IMG/VR virus record: IMGVR_UViG_3300006735_000014
DNA length: 20,000 nt
Direction: 5' to 3' (one strand)
Origin: an uncultured virus (IMG/VR IMGVR_UViG_3300006735_000014)
Lineage: Duplodnaviria; Heunggongvirae; Uroviricota; Caudoviricetes
Positions 9,882 to 17,989 of this stretch are shown here, in pieces (position 1 is the first letter of the stretch; every line of letters starts with the position of its first letter). A model generated the notes under the pieces. It searched no databases and was not told where the DNA came from. It was given only the letters and a program-made list of their open reading frames with translations. A program made the translations under genes and the position numbers.

Positions 9882-9889
9882 ATAAATAT
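9882..9889 (-). promoter_or_regulatory. Candidate phage late-promoter motif ATATTTAT (copy 1)
   Basis: The same 8-mer occurs in three intergenic gaps upstream of minus-strand genes (9882, 13844, 18238). Confidence 0.4.
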
Positions 9890-9914
9890 GAAGATACTAG
9901 AATTATGGTGGTTG

Positions 9915-11195
9915 TTATAAAGTATAATTCTGATCGCTTTTTATATAGTTCCAAACAAAATCTGTCTTTAATGTATCTAAAATTGCAGCGTTAATTGCTG
10001 GACCTGTTGGACCTCCAGAATTTGTATATGTTAACATTTGAATCTTATCTATTAATTCAACACACCAATCATGCATTTGTTGGCCAAGTATTAATGGTTC
10101 GACTGAATCTAATCCTAAATGAATTTCTGGTGCATTTACTGTGAAATGGCCTGCCCCTCCTACATCTATTCCTACCGCTTCAGTTGCTGATAATCCTATT
10201 TTTGTTCCTGCAGATAATAAAATTACATCTTGTCGTGCATTAAATACTAATCTATCTGATGTAATAATAACTTGAGGGCTTTCATAATCTGCACAGCCTG
10301 CAACTGGAGATGGTGTTGGTGTACCTTGATCTTTTTGTTTTGATTCTGGTGTACCAGCTGGATCATCCATTACTCCTATTTCTTCTAAATCTTCGTCTAG
10401 GTCTCCAGGTGCATCTCCTAAATCTCCTCCTTGAGGTCCAAACATGTCTATTAAATCAGCACCAAAATTTATTAAAGCTAATATACCTGCCGCAATTGCT
10501 GCTGTATTAAATGCATCTTGGTTGGATTCTACTACATTATCAGCAGGTATAATTTCTTTTAGTTCTTCAAATGCATTTAAAGAAGCTTCTCCTGATGGTG
10601 TTGTTGGATCATAGTTATTTGGGTTCATTGCCAACGTAATATTTGATGCTATATCTTCTGGAATCTTTAATGGAGGATATAATATTGGATCTGACATTAT
10701 TACATTTGTAAGTTCTGTATCAGTAAAGTCTATTGCATTTGCTCCTTCACCAATCGCATATATGGCATTTAAATATTGTTTTCCATCTGGGGTTGTACAA
10801 CATCCACATAAATCAATATGTTTTGCGTAACTTAGTCCTTGCTCTCTAAATACATCTTTTGCATTAGATGAACATTGTTCTAAACTCCATCTATGGTTTG
10901 CTGCTACAACAATAACCCAGTCATCTTGTGGTATATGGCCTTCTTGGATAGATTGCTTAATCAAGTCATATGCATAATGTTGTCCTACAAATCCAGGATC
11001 ATCTGAATATTCTATTGCTGCAGTTGATGTAGGTGGTATTACCCATAATATTCCACGCACATCTCGTTTCATATCTCCTGGAAAAATGTATACATTTTCC
11101 ATTCCCCATATTTCACCTTCGTATATAGTTTCGGTTCTATCTACTACATGTCCTTTTGGTACTTTTAAATTTTCGTAAGATTCTCTTTTTGCCAT
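9915..11195 (-). CDS. Protein with N-terminal degenerate alpha/beta-hydrolase-like domain and C-terminal gp5/spike-like beta-strand region (426 aa)
   Basis: aa ~303-426 (QVIITSDRLVFNARQDVILLSAGTKIGLSATEAVGIDV...VNAPEIHLG...EPLILG...GPTGP) has the short beta-strand periodicity and tip motifs of phage spike C-termini. The N-terminal ~245 aa are mixed alpha/beta, followed by an acidic Gly/Pro linker. Confidence 0.6.
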   Translation of the reverse strand: MAKRESYENLKVPKGHVVDRTETIYEGEIWGMENVYIFPGDMKRDVRGILWVIPPTSTAAIEYSDDPGFVGQHYAYDLIKQSIQEGHIPQDDWVIVVAANHRWSLEQCSSNAKDVFREQGLSYAKHIDLCGCCTTPDGKQYLNAIYAIGEGANAIDFTDTELTNVIMSDPILYPPLKIPEDIASNITLAMNPNNYDPTTPSGEASLNAFEELKEIIPADNVVESNQDAFNTAAIAAGILALINFGADLIDMFGPQGGDLGDAPGDLDEDLEEIGVMDDPAGTPESKQKDQGTPTPSPVAGCADYESPQVIITSDRLVFNARQDVILLSAGTKIGLSATEAVGIDVGGAGHFTVNAPEIHLGLDSVEPLILGQQMHDWCVELIDKIQMLTYTNSGGPTGPAINAAILDTLKTDFVWNYIKSDQNYTL

Positions 11196-11208
11196 AATTT
11201 TTTTCCGT

Positions 11209-13452
11209 TTAACTTTGTCCTGGCCAAGGTCCTAACTTTCCTTGTTCAAATGCTGCATCTAATCCATGCCATGAATTACTTGATTTACCTGCTCTTAATT
11301 TTGAAAACGGTCCTTTGCTTGCAAGTGCAGTGTTATATTCAAAATGCCATTCTTCTGTTGTCACAGTTCTTACAAATCCATATTTATATGAATTAGCTAC
11401 CAACCATGCATAAACTCCTTTTGTATTAGTAGTACTAGTTTTTGATCGACTACCATCTTTATTTACTAGATATCGTTTATAATCTAAATCAATTGCAGTA
11501 CCACTTTGGTGTCTACTATAACCTGGTATTGCTACGTAACATGAAAATTTAGTTGAACTTGCTGTCCATAACGGACTTGATCTATCTTTTTTATTGGCTT
11601 CTGTTTTCCAACCTTTATTAATTGCATTTGCATATCTACAATTTACTTGTCCTGATGCTAATTTCTTTCCTGTTCTTGGATGATTGATTTGCCAAAGACC
11701 TCTGAAGCTACTATTTAATTTTATTTCTACTCCATCAGCTTTTGCTGCCTTAAATAATGTAAGCACTTTGCCACACATTTTTTCTAATACAGGTTGTCCT
11801 TGTATTAATCGTATTCTATCTGTACCAACAACTCGCCCTCTAGTTGGTGATCCTCTTTCAGTATCAAAATATTCATATTCACCATCTAATAATTCTAAAT
11901 CTTCTACATCATCTGGAATTGGTTCTAATGGTTCTGCAGGAAATATTGGTGCACTAATACCATTACAATCTTTAGATGGAATAGCATATCCATTAGAACT
12001 ATAATGGGCTTCATCTGATGAATTACTAAATGGCTGTTCAATTGCATCATATTGGTTATGTGCTAATGAAACTGCAATTTTTTGTCCTGAACACATATAG
12101 ATTGAAGCTTTGTCTCCATTAATATCTTCGATGATATATTCATTTCTAGAATTTTTCTGAGAAGGTGCTTGCCCTGCTCTTAATATATTAATTGGAGCTC
12201 CTGGACCTGCTTGCCCCTCGCCCCATGATGGCATTTTTATATATCGTTCTGGTTCTTTTGGATTAACTGTTGATCCAAATCGTATAGAATTTCCAAAACG
12301 ACCTTGTATTAAAATATCACCTTCATATGGCTGTAAATTATTTAGTTCTGTTTGTTCTACAAAATCATTACCTGGAGCTGGATTAGTTTTATTATCTGAT
12401 GTATTAGGGTTTGGTCCTGCGGTAGGATTAGAATCTTTAGGATTAGGAGAATAGTTTTGATCAACTTCAGGTTTACGTTCTGTTGGTTCTTTAAATTGTT
12501 CTACAAATTTAGATGATTCTTCTTTTGTATAAAAACTATTATTTTCATATCCTCTATCTAATTCATGTAATTCTGCAATTGATTTATATGTTCCACCTTT
12601 ACCAACTGGCATATTATTAAATTCGTAATTATCAGCTGTTAATGTTGATAATTCTAAATATCCTGTTACAGTGTTATATCCAAATTTTTCTTCAGATTCT
12701 TTGAATTCTCCGGTATACCCTTCTCGTACCAATCTCTCTTTATACTCTTCAATTTTATTTTCTCTATCCTTTAAACCTTCTGGAGTTTTTCGAGTATCAC
12801 CAGATTCCATTGCTTGTTGATATTGAAGAACTGCTTCTTCTAATTTTTGGAATTTTGAAATCATCTTACTAGATAATTGATCGGTAGTTGGTGGCTCTTC
12901 TGCTGGAACACCTTCTTTTGCATCTTGCTTTTTATTTGATGTAGTAGGATTACCAGCTTCTGCATTTGCATATGCATCTACTTTATTAGTCTTATTACCA
13001 TCTTGTAATACTCTAGTTGGACTTTTTACTCCTTTTGCATTTGAAGCAGGATTCAAATTTGTATGAATACTTCCTCCTAATGATACTGGAGCAAGATAAT
13101 ACCAATCTAAATCATACTGCATTCCTGCAGCTTTTTTACCTGTTGCGCCATCTGGAGAGGCTGCTCCCATTTCAGGTCCAGGTCCTTGGAAGCATACAAC
13201 ATGTTCTCCTACTAGAGGTATACGAGTTGTATTAATATCAGCTGGATATGCTGTAACTTGTTTACCTGGTCCAGAACCAGCTCCTGCTTGGTTTCCTTGT
13301 AATTGAATTGTTACTTCACCACGAACATTATCCATAGCTTCATCACCAGAACCACCTTGCTTCTTTTTTGATTCCGATGCTGTTGTATTTTTAAATGCAT
13401 GGGTTATGTCAACTACTTCTCCATATGCCCATGTTAATCCTGCTTGACTCAT
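11209..13452 (-). CDS. Baseplate spike/hub (gp5-like) N-terminal part fused to a C-terminal M15 (VanY-like) Zn-dependent cell-wall peptidase (747 aa)
   Basis: OB-fold-like N-terminus (GEVVDI...RGEVTI...AYP...IPLVGEHVVCF...WYY) and EGDILIQGRFGNSIRFGS. C-terminal M15 motifs: AAKADGVEIKLNSSFR, PGYSRHQSGTAID (SxHxxGxAxD; H648, D655), WLVANSYKYGF and EEWH (H703). ATGA overlap with the upstream gene. Confidence 0.8.
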   Translation of the reverse strand: MSQAGLTWAYGEVVDITHAFKNTTASESKKKQGGSGDEAMDNVRGEVTIQLQGNQAGAGSGPGKQVTAYPADINTTRIPLVGEHVVCFQGPGPEMGAASPDGATGKKAAGMQYDLDWYYLAPVSLGGSIHTNLNPASNAKGVKSPTRVLQDGNKTNKVDAYANAEAGNPTTSNKKQDAKEGVPAEEPPTTDQLSSKMISKFQKLEEAVLQYQQAMESGDTRKTPEGLKDRENKIEEYKERLVREGYTGEFKESEEKFGYNTVTGYLELSTLTADNYEFNNMPVGKGGTYKSIAELHELDRGYENNSFYTKEESSKFVEQFKEPTERKPEVDQNYSPNPKDSNPTAGPNPNTSDNKTNPAPGNDFVEQTELNNLQPYEGDILIQGRFGNSIRFGSTVNPKEPERYIKMPSWGEGQAGPGAPINILRAGQAPSQKNSRNEYIIEDINGDKASIYMCSGQKIAVSLAHNQYDAIEQPFSNSSDEAHYSSNGYAIPSKDCNGISAPIFPAEPLEPIPDDVEDLELLDGEYEYFDTERGSPTRGRVVGTDRIRLIQGQPVLEKMCGKVLTLFKAAKADGVEIKLNSSFRGLWQINHPRTGKKLASGQVNCRYANAINKGWKTEANKKDRSSPLWTASSTKFSCYVAIPGYSRHQSGTAIDLDYKRYLVNKDGSRSKTSTTNTKGVYAWLVANSYKYGFVRTVTTEEWHFEYNTALASKGPFSKLRAGKSSNSWHGLDAAFEQGKLGPWPGQS

Positions 13453-13826
13453 TTAGAATCTCCTAAATCAATTTCATCTTGTTGTTGTTGGATTGCATCT
13501 AATTCTTCCTGAGCTGTTTGTAATAATCTTTGTTTTTCTTCTTCAGACATTCCAAATTCATCTCCACCTTCCTTATTTCCACTTCCAACTAATCGTTGAA
13601 CAACTGCAGCTAATTTAACTAGATGTTCATCATTCTTAACGGATACATCTAGGTATTCTTTTATTAATGGAACTATCACAGTTGCATCACCTATATTTTT
13701 AATTAAAGGTTGTAGCTCTTGAATCAATGTATTAATTTGTCTATCTTTCTTTTTAGAATTATGATAGATATCTTTCATTAAATCAGAAAATGTAGTTCCT
13801 TTGAATAATTCAAATTCATCATGCAT
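13449..13826 (-). CDS. Small all-helical hypothetical phage protein (125 aa)
   Basis: Clean ORF with SD-like GGGAATAAACT before ATG. Helical/coiled-coil pattern with acidic tail. Its stop overlaps the spike gene start. Confidence 0.75.
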   Translation of the reverse strand: MHDEFELFKGTTFSDLMKDIYHNSKKKDRQINTLIQELQPLIKNIGDATVIVPLIKEYLDVSVKNDEHLVKLAAVVQRLVGSGNKEGGDEFGMSEEEKQRLLQTAQEELDAIQQQQDEIDLGDSK

Positions 13827-13843
13827 AGTTTATTCCCTTTAAA

Positions 13844-13851
13844 ATAAATAT
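13844..13851 (-). promoter_or_regulatory. Candidate phage late-promoter motif ATATTTAT (copy 2)
   Basis: Sits in the 31-nt gap between the sigma-like gene and the gene run leading into the baseplate module. Context CATATTTAT, as in copy 1. Confidence 0.4.
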
Positions 13852-13857
13852 GTACAA

Positions 13858-14661
13858 CTATGATTTATGGGTGCCAATATACCCTCTATGTGAATAATTT
13901 TCATACATAGAAGCATAATGTCTTTTCATTATATTAACTACTTTGGTAATGTTTTGTGTTTTAAGACCTGTCCTTTCTCTTATAAGAATATAAAGAGCTT
14001 TCTTATTGAAATTTTCTATATTATCTCTAATTCGAAATAATTCTAATAATGTATCGGCTACAATAATATCTCGTTTGTTTGAAAATATAGTATTTAAATT
14101 TGTTGTATAATAATCTACAAATTGGTTTGTAAAATCTTTTAGGCCTTCTTGGTAATCATTATATGATGCCTCACCTCCAAGATCTCTACTATCATCTATT
14201 ACTGTTAAATCTGTCCTTGCTTTCATTTTTGCATAATTTGCATTATTTGCAATAATAAGATAATTTTTTGCTACAATACTAAAATATGAAAATGCTTTAC
14301 CTTTTCCTAAAACATACTTATGTATTTTTTCATTTAAGAATGCAACTGTTTCACATTTAACATCTATATAAGGTACATCAAAATAATAAAACTTAAAAGT
14401 ATGTATAATATTTTCAGCTAGTTTATCAAATGCATAATGTATATGTTCTCTGTAAACTTTATTACGTTTTAATTCATCATCTTCACTATTATATGCAACT
14501 ATTGCATGATCGGTTATATATGTAAAATATTGTTTTTTAGTTGGCTTTCGGCCTCGTTTCTTTTTCTTTGGAAGTAATGCTTCTTCTTCAATACGAGCCT
14601 TATCTTCTTCTAACCAGATATAAAATTTGTCTACTGCTGATAGTTCTGTTTGTTCATTCAT
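13858..14661 (-). CDS. Phage RNA polymerase sigma-factor-like protein (T4 gp55-like late sigma factor)
   Basis: KLAENIIHTFKFY...VAFLNEKIHKY...GKAFSYFSIVAKNYLI resembles sigma-70 region 2 as found in gp55-like proteins. C-terminal helical segment (IRERTGLKTQNITKVVNIMK) is HTH-like. Located at the boundary with the structural genes. Confidence 0.65.
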   Translation of the reverse strand: MNEQTELSAVDKFYIWLEEDKARIEEEALLPKKKKRGRKPTKKQYFTYITDHAIVAYNSEDDELKRNKVYREHIHYAFDKLAENIIHTFKFYYFDVPYIDVKCETVAFLNEKIHKYVLGKGKAFSYFSIVAKNYLIIANNANYAKMKARTDLTVIDDSRDLGGEASYNDYQEGLKDFTNQFVDYYTTNLNTIFSNKRDIIVADTLLELFRIRDNIENFNKKALYILIRERTGLKTQNITKVVNIMKRHYASMYENYSHRGYIGTHKS

Positions 14662-14948
14662 TAGTTAACTCCACGATTTAGGTCTTCCATTACTTCTTTG
14701 ATTAACTTAAAGGAAGTGCCTACTTCGTCTGATGCTTCAAATGCTCCTTGTCTATCAGCATTTCGTATTTCAGAGTTGGCTTCATTAATTTTTGTTTTTA
14801 ATCCATCAAAAAAGTTATAGTAATCTAGATTTGATTTTTCTAGATCCTCAATATAATCTGATTGATCTTCTTGTTTTTTTAATTGGTTTATATTAACAAA
14901 TAGTGATATTGTTAATGCAACCGCTAATATTATTATTGTTGTTATCAT
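14661..14948 (-). CDS. Small membrane-anchored coiled-coil protein (95 aa)
   Basis: N-terminal hydrophobic stretch MITTIIILAVALTISLFVNI followed by charged helices. ATGA and TAATG overlaps with its neighbours. Confidence 0.75.
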   Translation of the reverse strand: MITTIIILAVALTISLFVNINQLKKQEDQSDYIEDLEKSNLDYYNFFDGLKTKINEANSEIRNADRQGAFEASDEVGTSFKLIKEVMEDLNRGVN

Positions 14949-15748
14949 TTATTATCTCCGAATAAGTCATCAAACATTTTCATTGCTGCTCCAGCTTCTC
15001 CTTTTGCTGCAATGTTACCTAATTTTTTAAAATTGGCCTTTTTATTGTTTTTATTAAATCCTGCAAGTGAAGCTTTTTTAGCAGTTGTTTGAGATGATTT
15101 TGTCTTTGCCCACATCTCATATTCTATTCTTGCTGCCATACAATCTGCTTGATGCATTACAAAACCTAAGTTAGTTTTTAATTTTGAATCTGCTGTTCTA
15201 GACATGAAATAAGGTTTATTATGTTCATCATATAATCCATCAGTTAATTTAATACCTAACATTTCATTCCAAGTGATCTCAATACCATAATGCTGCAATA
15301 ACCAAATAGATAGGTCGTTTACAAGGGTAAATTGGTTGTTAGGATTAACCTTATACATCCTTCCCATATTTTTTCTATGCCATTCAGAATCATTAGGAAT
15401 ATATGTTTCATTACCTTCTCCAGGAAATCCCATTTTACCAATATCATGATTTAATGCTGTAAAGATTAATTCTTCTTTTGTATAGCCAGACATATCCGCT
15501 CCCATTTTAGTCCATAATGCATGAACCTCTTTTGCACATTTAATTACTCGCAATACATGATCTACATATCCGCCTTCAATTGCATTATGATAATGGTCAA
15601 TACTTGAAGCTGGTTGCATTGACATTCTATCTTCTAAGTCTGTATACATTGCTAAAAGTTTTTCTTTTCTTTCACCTTTAAAGTTATCTTCGATAACCTT
15701 AATTAAGGACTCCCAATTTTCTACTATTTGTTCTGCTGTTAATTTCAT
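14945..15748 (-). CDS. HD-domain phosphohydrolase (YhaM-HD-like)
   Basis: PASS..HYHNAIEGGYVDHVLRV...ALNHDIGKMG...MHQAD gives the H...HD...D metal-binding set of the HD superfamily. Confidence 0.85.
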   Translation of the reverse strand: MKLTAEQIVENWESLIKVIEDNFKGERKEKLLAMYTDLEDRMSMQPASSIDHYHNAIEGGYVDHVLRVIKCAKEVHALWTKMGADMSGYTKEELIFTALNHDIGKMGFPGEGNETYIPNDSEWHRKNMGRMYKVNPNNQFTLVNDLSIWLLQHYGIEITWNEMLGIKLTDGLYDEHNKPYFMSRTADSKLKTNLGFVMHQADCMAARIEYEMWAKTKSSQTTAKKASLAGFNKNNKKANFKKLGNIAAKGEAGAAMKMFDDLFGDNK

Positions 15749-15752
15749 ATCT

Positions 15753-16394
15753 TTAAATTATTTGGTCAATTACGCCTAAGTCTAATGCTTGGCCTGAAGT
15801 TAAATACATATCCGTTCTCATTTGATCTTTCCACCATGCTGCATCTTTTTTTGTTTTATCTGCTAACAAATCATATATATCTTGTTCAACTTGTTTAACA
15901 AAATCTACAGTTGCTGTTACGTCTGTCAACTTACCTGATATCATTGAAGATGCTTGATGAAACATTATGGTTGAGTTTTTACTAACCATTCTCATTCCTG
16001 TACCACATGTTAATATAACAGATGCGGCTGAAAAGGCTTTGCCTCTGCATATAGTATTTACTTTTACATCTAATGATTTTAAGTAATCAATAATTCCCAT
16101 CATTTCATGAATATCTCCTCCTGGACTATTTATCATTAAATTAACTGGGGCATTTGGATCTCCTTTATATGCTGGTGTTTGTCTATATTTTAATATACGC
16201 CTAACACGAATCATCAAATCAAATAAAGAATGACTTTCTATTTCATCATTAAGATAAATGACAGAATCATCTAATTCAATTTGATTAGCTAATATATCAT
16301 TCAATTCTTGGTATGGTGATACCTCTTGAGTTGGCTGAATTAATTCTTCTTGTTGTTTTGGTTTGATTGGTCGCTCGTTATATAAATCACTCAT
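15753..16394 (-). CDS. clpP: ClpP-family serine protease
   Basis: INSPGGD, CRGKAFSAASVIL (catalytic Ser), IMFHQ (His) and RTDMYLTSGQALDLGVIDQI (Asp) form a complete ClpP motif set. Confidence 0.9.
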   Translation of the reverse strand: MSDLYNERPIKPKQQEELIQPTQEVSPYQELNDILANQIELDDSVIYLNDEIESHSLFDLMIRVRRILKYRQTPAYKGDPNAPVNLMINSPGGDIHEMMGIIDYLKSLDVKVNTICRGKAFSAASVILTCGTGMRMVSKNSTIMFHQASSMISGKLTDVTATVDFVKQVEQDIYDLLADKTKKDAAWWKDQMRTDMYLTSGQALDLGVIDQII

Positions 16395-16402
16395 AATACT
16401 TT

Positions 16403-16431
16403 AATATAATAAATTATTCTCGTAAAAACAA
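16403..16431 (-). promoter_or_regulatory. Putative host-sigma-type promoter upstream of clpP
   Basis: Minus strand TTGTTT-N17-TATATT in the intergenic gap. The -10-like box ends 8 nt before the ATG. Confidence 0.55.
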
Positions 16432-16433
16432 AT

Positions 16434-16958
16434 TTAATAAAGCTTTTTTAACTGACGTTCTAACTTCCTCATTTTAACAGCATTGGCTCTGATATCCTTT
16501 TTATACTTGGCTGTTTTAATATTGCCTCTGACCATATTCATTTGTTCCAGGACTTTGGTACGTAATGTTTCTTTTTCACGCTTGGTAAGTTTTTTCTTTT
16601 CTGGTTTTGCTTTTGTAGGTTCTAATGTACCTTTGAGTTTAGGTTGTTCTACTCCTTTATGAAATACATTACCTTCTTTATCAACAAATTCTTTCATGAA
16701 CTGCCAGCCTCTTAATCTACCAGATGATTTATATCCTCCTCTAATATCTGGAGGTCCTACTGTTTTATTAACACATTTATAACATAATACTGCAGTTGCT
16801 CCTTCTCCTACTTCTGACCATTCATTACATCTAGGATGTTTAGCTAAGATTTGCCAACCCCAATATGATTTATCTTCAATGCTGTTTCTGCATATCATAT
16901 AAGTTGTTCTACCTTTCTTTTTTGTTTTAAATTTTGTAACTTGTTTCTTTTTTGCCAT
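16434..16958 (-). CDS. Basic hypothetical protein, possible Zn-binding/nucleic-acid-binding (174 aa)
   Basis: Very Lys/Arg-rich termini. Four Cys (C23, C44, C59xxC62). C-terminal helical hairpin. Confidence 0.7.
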   Translation of the reverse strand: MAKKKQVTKFKTKKKGRTTYMICRNSIEDKSYWGWQILAKHPRCNEWSEVGEGATAVLCYKCVNKTVGPPDIRGGYKSSGRLRGWQFMKEFVDKEGNVFHKGVEQPKLKGTLEPTKAKPEKKKLTKREKETLRTKVLEQMNMVRGNIKTAKYKKDIRANAVKMRKLERQLKKLY

Positions 16959-16959
16959 A

Positions 16960-17988
16960 TTATAAATTTTTAGGTTGTTTAGGTATTCTTCCTCCTCCAG
17001 CTGTCATTCCTTGATCAGATTGTTCTTGGTAGATATCTTCTTTTTTTATTTGAAGAACTTTATGTCCTCCGGTACTATCTATCTGTATTACCTTTTCTGT
17101 TACAGATGGTGTTTCTTCAGGTTCCTTAGGTTCTTCAGGTTCTTTAGGAATAATAGGTTTAGGTGAAGGAACTTTTATTTTTTCTTCTGGTTTTATTTGA
17201 GCAAATGCAAAATTAGCTGCTACTACCATTGCAATTGCTAATGGATCAAATACAAATACAATTAATAATAAAAACCAATTAACTACTTGTCCCATATCTT
17301 TACCAGTTGTTTCTGCAAGATATTTAAGTGGTCCTAATTCTCTTTGTTCTTCATTACCAATTTCTAACTCTAATAGTTCTGTATCAATTCTCATTACAGA
17401 ATCCATTACAGCTTCCAATCTTACATTAATAGTATCTCTATCTGCAATAGTACTTTTTAATTCTGATTGTAATGCTCTTCTTGTCGAACTAGAAGTTGTT
17501 GTTATAACTTTTTCAGCTTCAGCATCATAATATGATACCTGGGCAGGATTTGAGAGCGATGTTCTTAAATCAGAAATAGTTGTATTTAATTGTGTCTTTT
17601 CTAAATTAAGATCTGTTTTTTGTTCTTCGAATCTATTTTGTTTAGTCTGTAATACAATTAATGATTTATCTAGAAATTCTGACTTAGTTGCTGTTTCTTG
17701 ATAAGCTCCAGATAAGAATCCATATATACCACCAGATGTTATTATCATCAAAACAAATACTGCTATAGATAAATAAGCTCGTAACCATTTGTTTATTGTA
17801 CCCCAATATTGATATAATAAAGAAGCGGTTATTAATTTTGCAAATTCTAACGATCCGGCCATTATAATAACTTGTAGACTAGCTCCTGCAAACAATTTAC
17901 TTAGTCCAAAAACTGAATAAAATGCTGCAGAACCAGAGACGGCTAGTGCCGCAAGTCCTATTAAAAATGGAAAGAATCGTTTTTTCAT
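16960..17988 (-). CDS. Multi-pass membrane protein with long coiled coil and Pro-rich tail (342 aa)
   Basis: About three N-terminal hydrophobic helices, a heptad-rich middle, a further TM (VVNWFLLLIVFVFDPLAIAMVVAANFAF) and a PSPKPIIPKEPEEPKEPEETP tail. Confidence 0.8.
   Translation of the reverse strand: MKKRFFPFLIGLAALAVSGSAAFYSVFGLSKLFAGASLQVIIMAGSLEFAKLITASLLYQYWGTINKWLRAYLSIAVFVLMIITSGGIYGFLSGAYQETATKSEFLDKSLIVLQTKQNRFEEQKTDLNLEKTQLNTTISDLRTSLSNPAQVSYYDAEAEKVITTTSSSTRRALQSELKSTIADRDTINVRLEAVMDSVMRIDTELLELEIGNEEQRELGPLKYLAETTGKDMGQVVNWFLLLIVFVFDPLAIAMVVAANFAFAQIKPEEKIKVPSPKPIIPKEPEEPKEPEETPSVTEKVIQIDSTGGHKVLQIKKEDIYQEQSDQGMTAGGGRIPKQPKNL
17113..17148. repeat. 18-bp tandem duplication encoding PKEPEE x2
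   Basis: ttcttcaggttccttagg / ttcttcaggttctttagg (17/18 identical), in frame within the membrane-protein gene. Confidence 0.85.
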
Positions 17989-17989
17989 T

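Noticed and set aside
11196..11211. Programmed frameshift or readthrough joining the two spike halves via GGAAAAAAA
   Set aside because: The A-run lies after the TAA stop, the ORFs are out of frame, and the second ORF has its own ATG. The run more likely serves translation initiation.
9915..13452. Intein or intron as the cause of the spike interruption
   Set aside because: No intein terminal motifs (C/S start with HN-C/S/T end) or homing-endonuclease motifs were seen, and there is no non-coding stretch long enough for a self-splicing intron.
6891..13452. Bacterial T6SS, eCIS or tailocin locus
   Set aside because: The gp6-like protein is of the long T4 type, and the neighbours (gp55-like sigma, Hsp20, UvsE, dense one-strand packing) fit a large phage. 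No Tss or Afp accessory genes were seen.
13449..13826. Terminase small subunit call for the 125-aa helical protein
   Set aside because: Size and helicity are compatible, but there is no diagnostic motif and no large terminase nearby.
6359..17166. Plus-strand ORFs at 6359, 7769, 10310, 11684, 13017 and 16975
   Set aside because: Each lies wholly opposite a well-supported minus-strand gene and has the Leu/Phe/Ser-rich composition typical of antisense frames.
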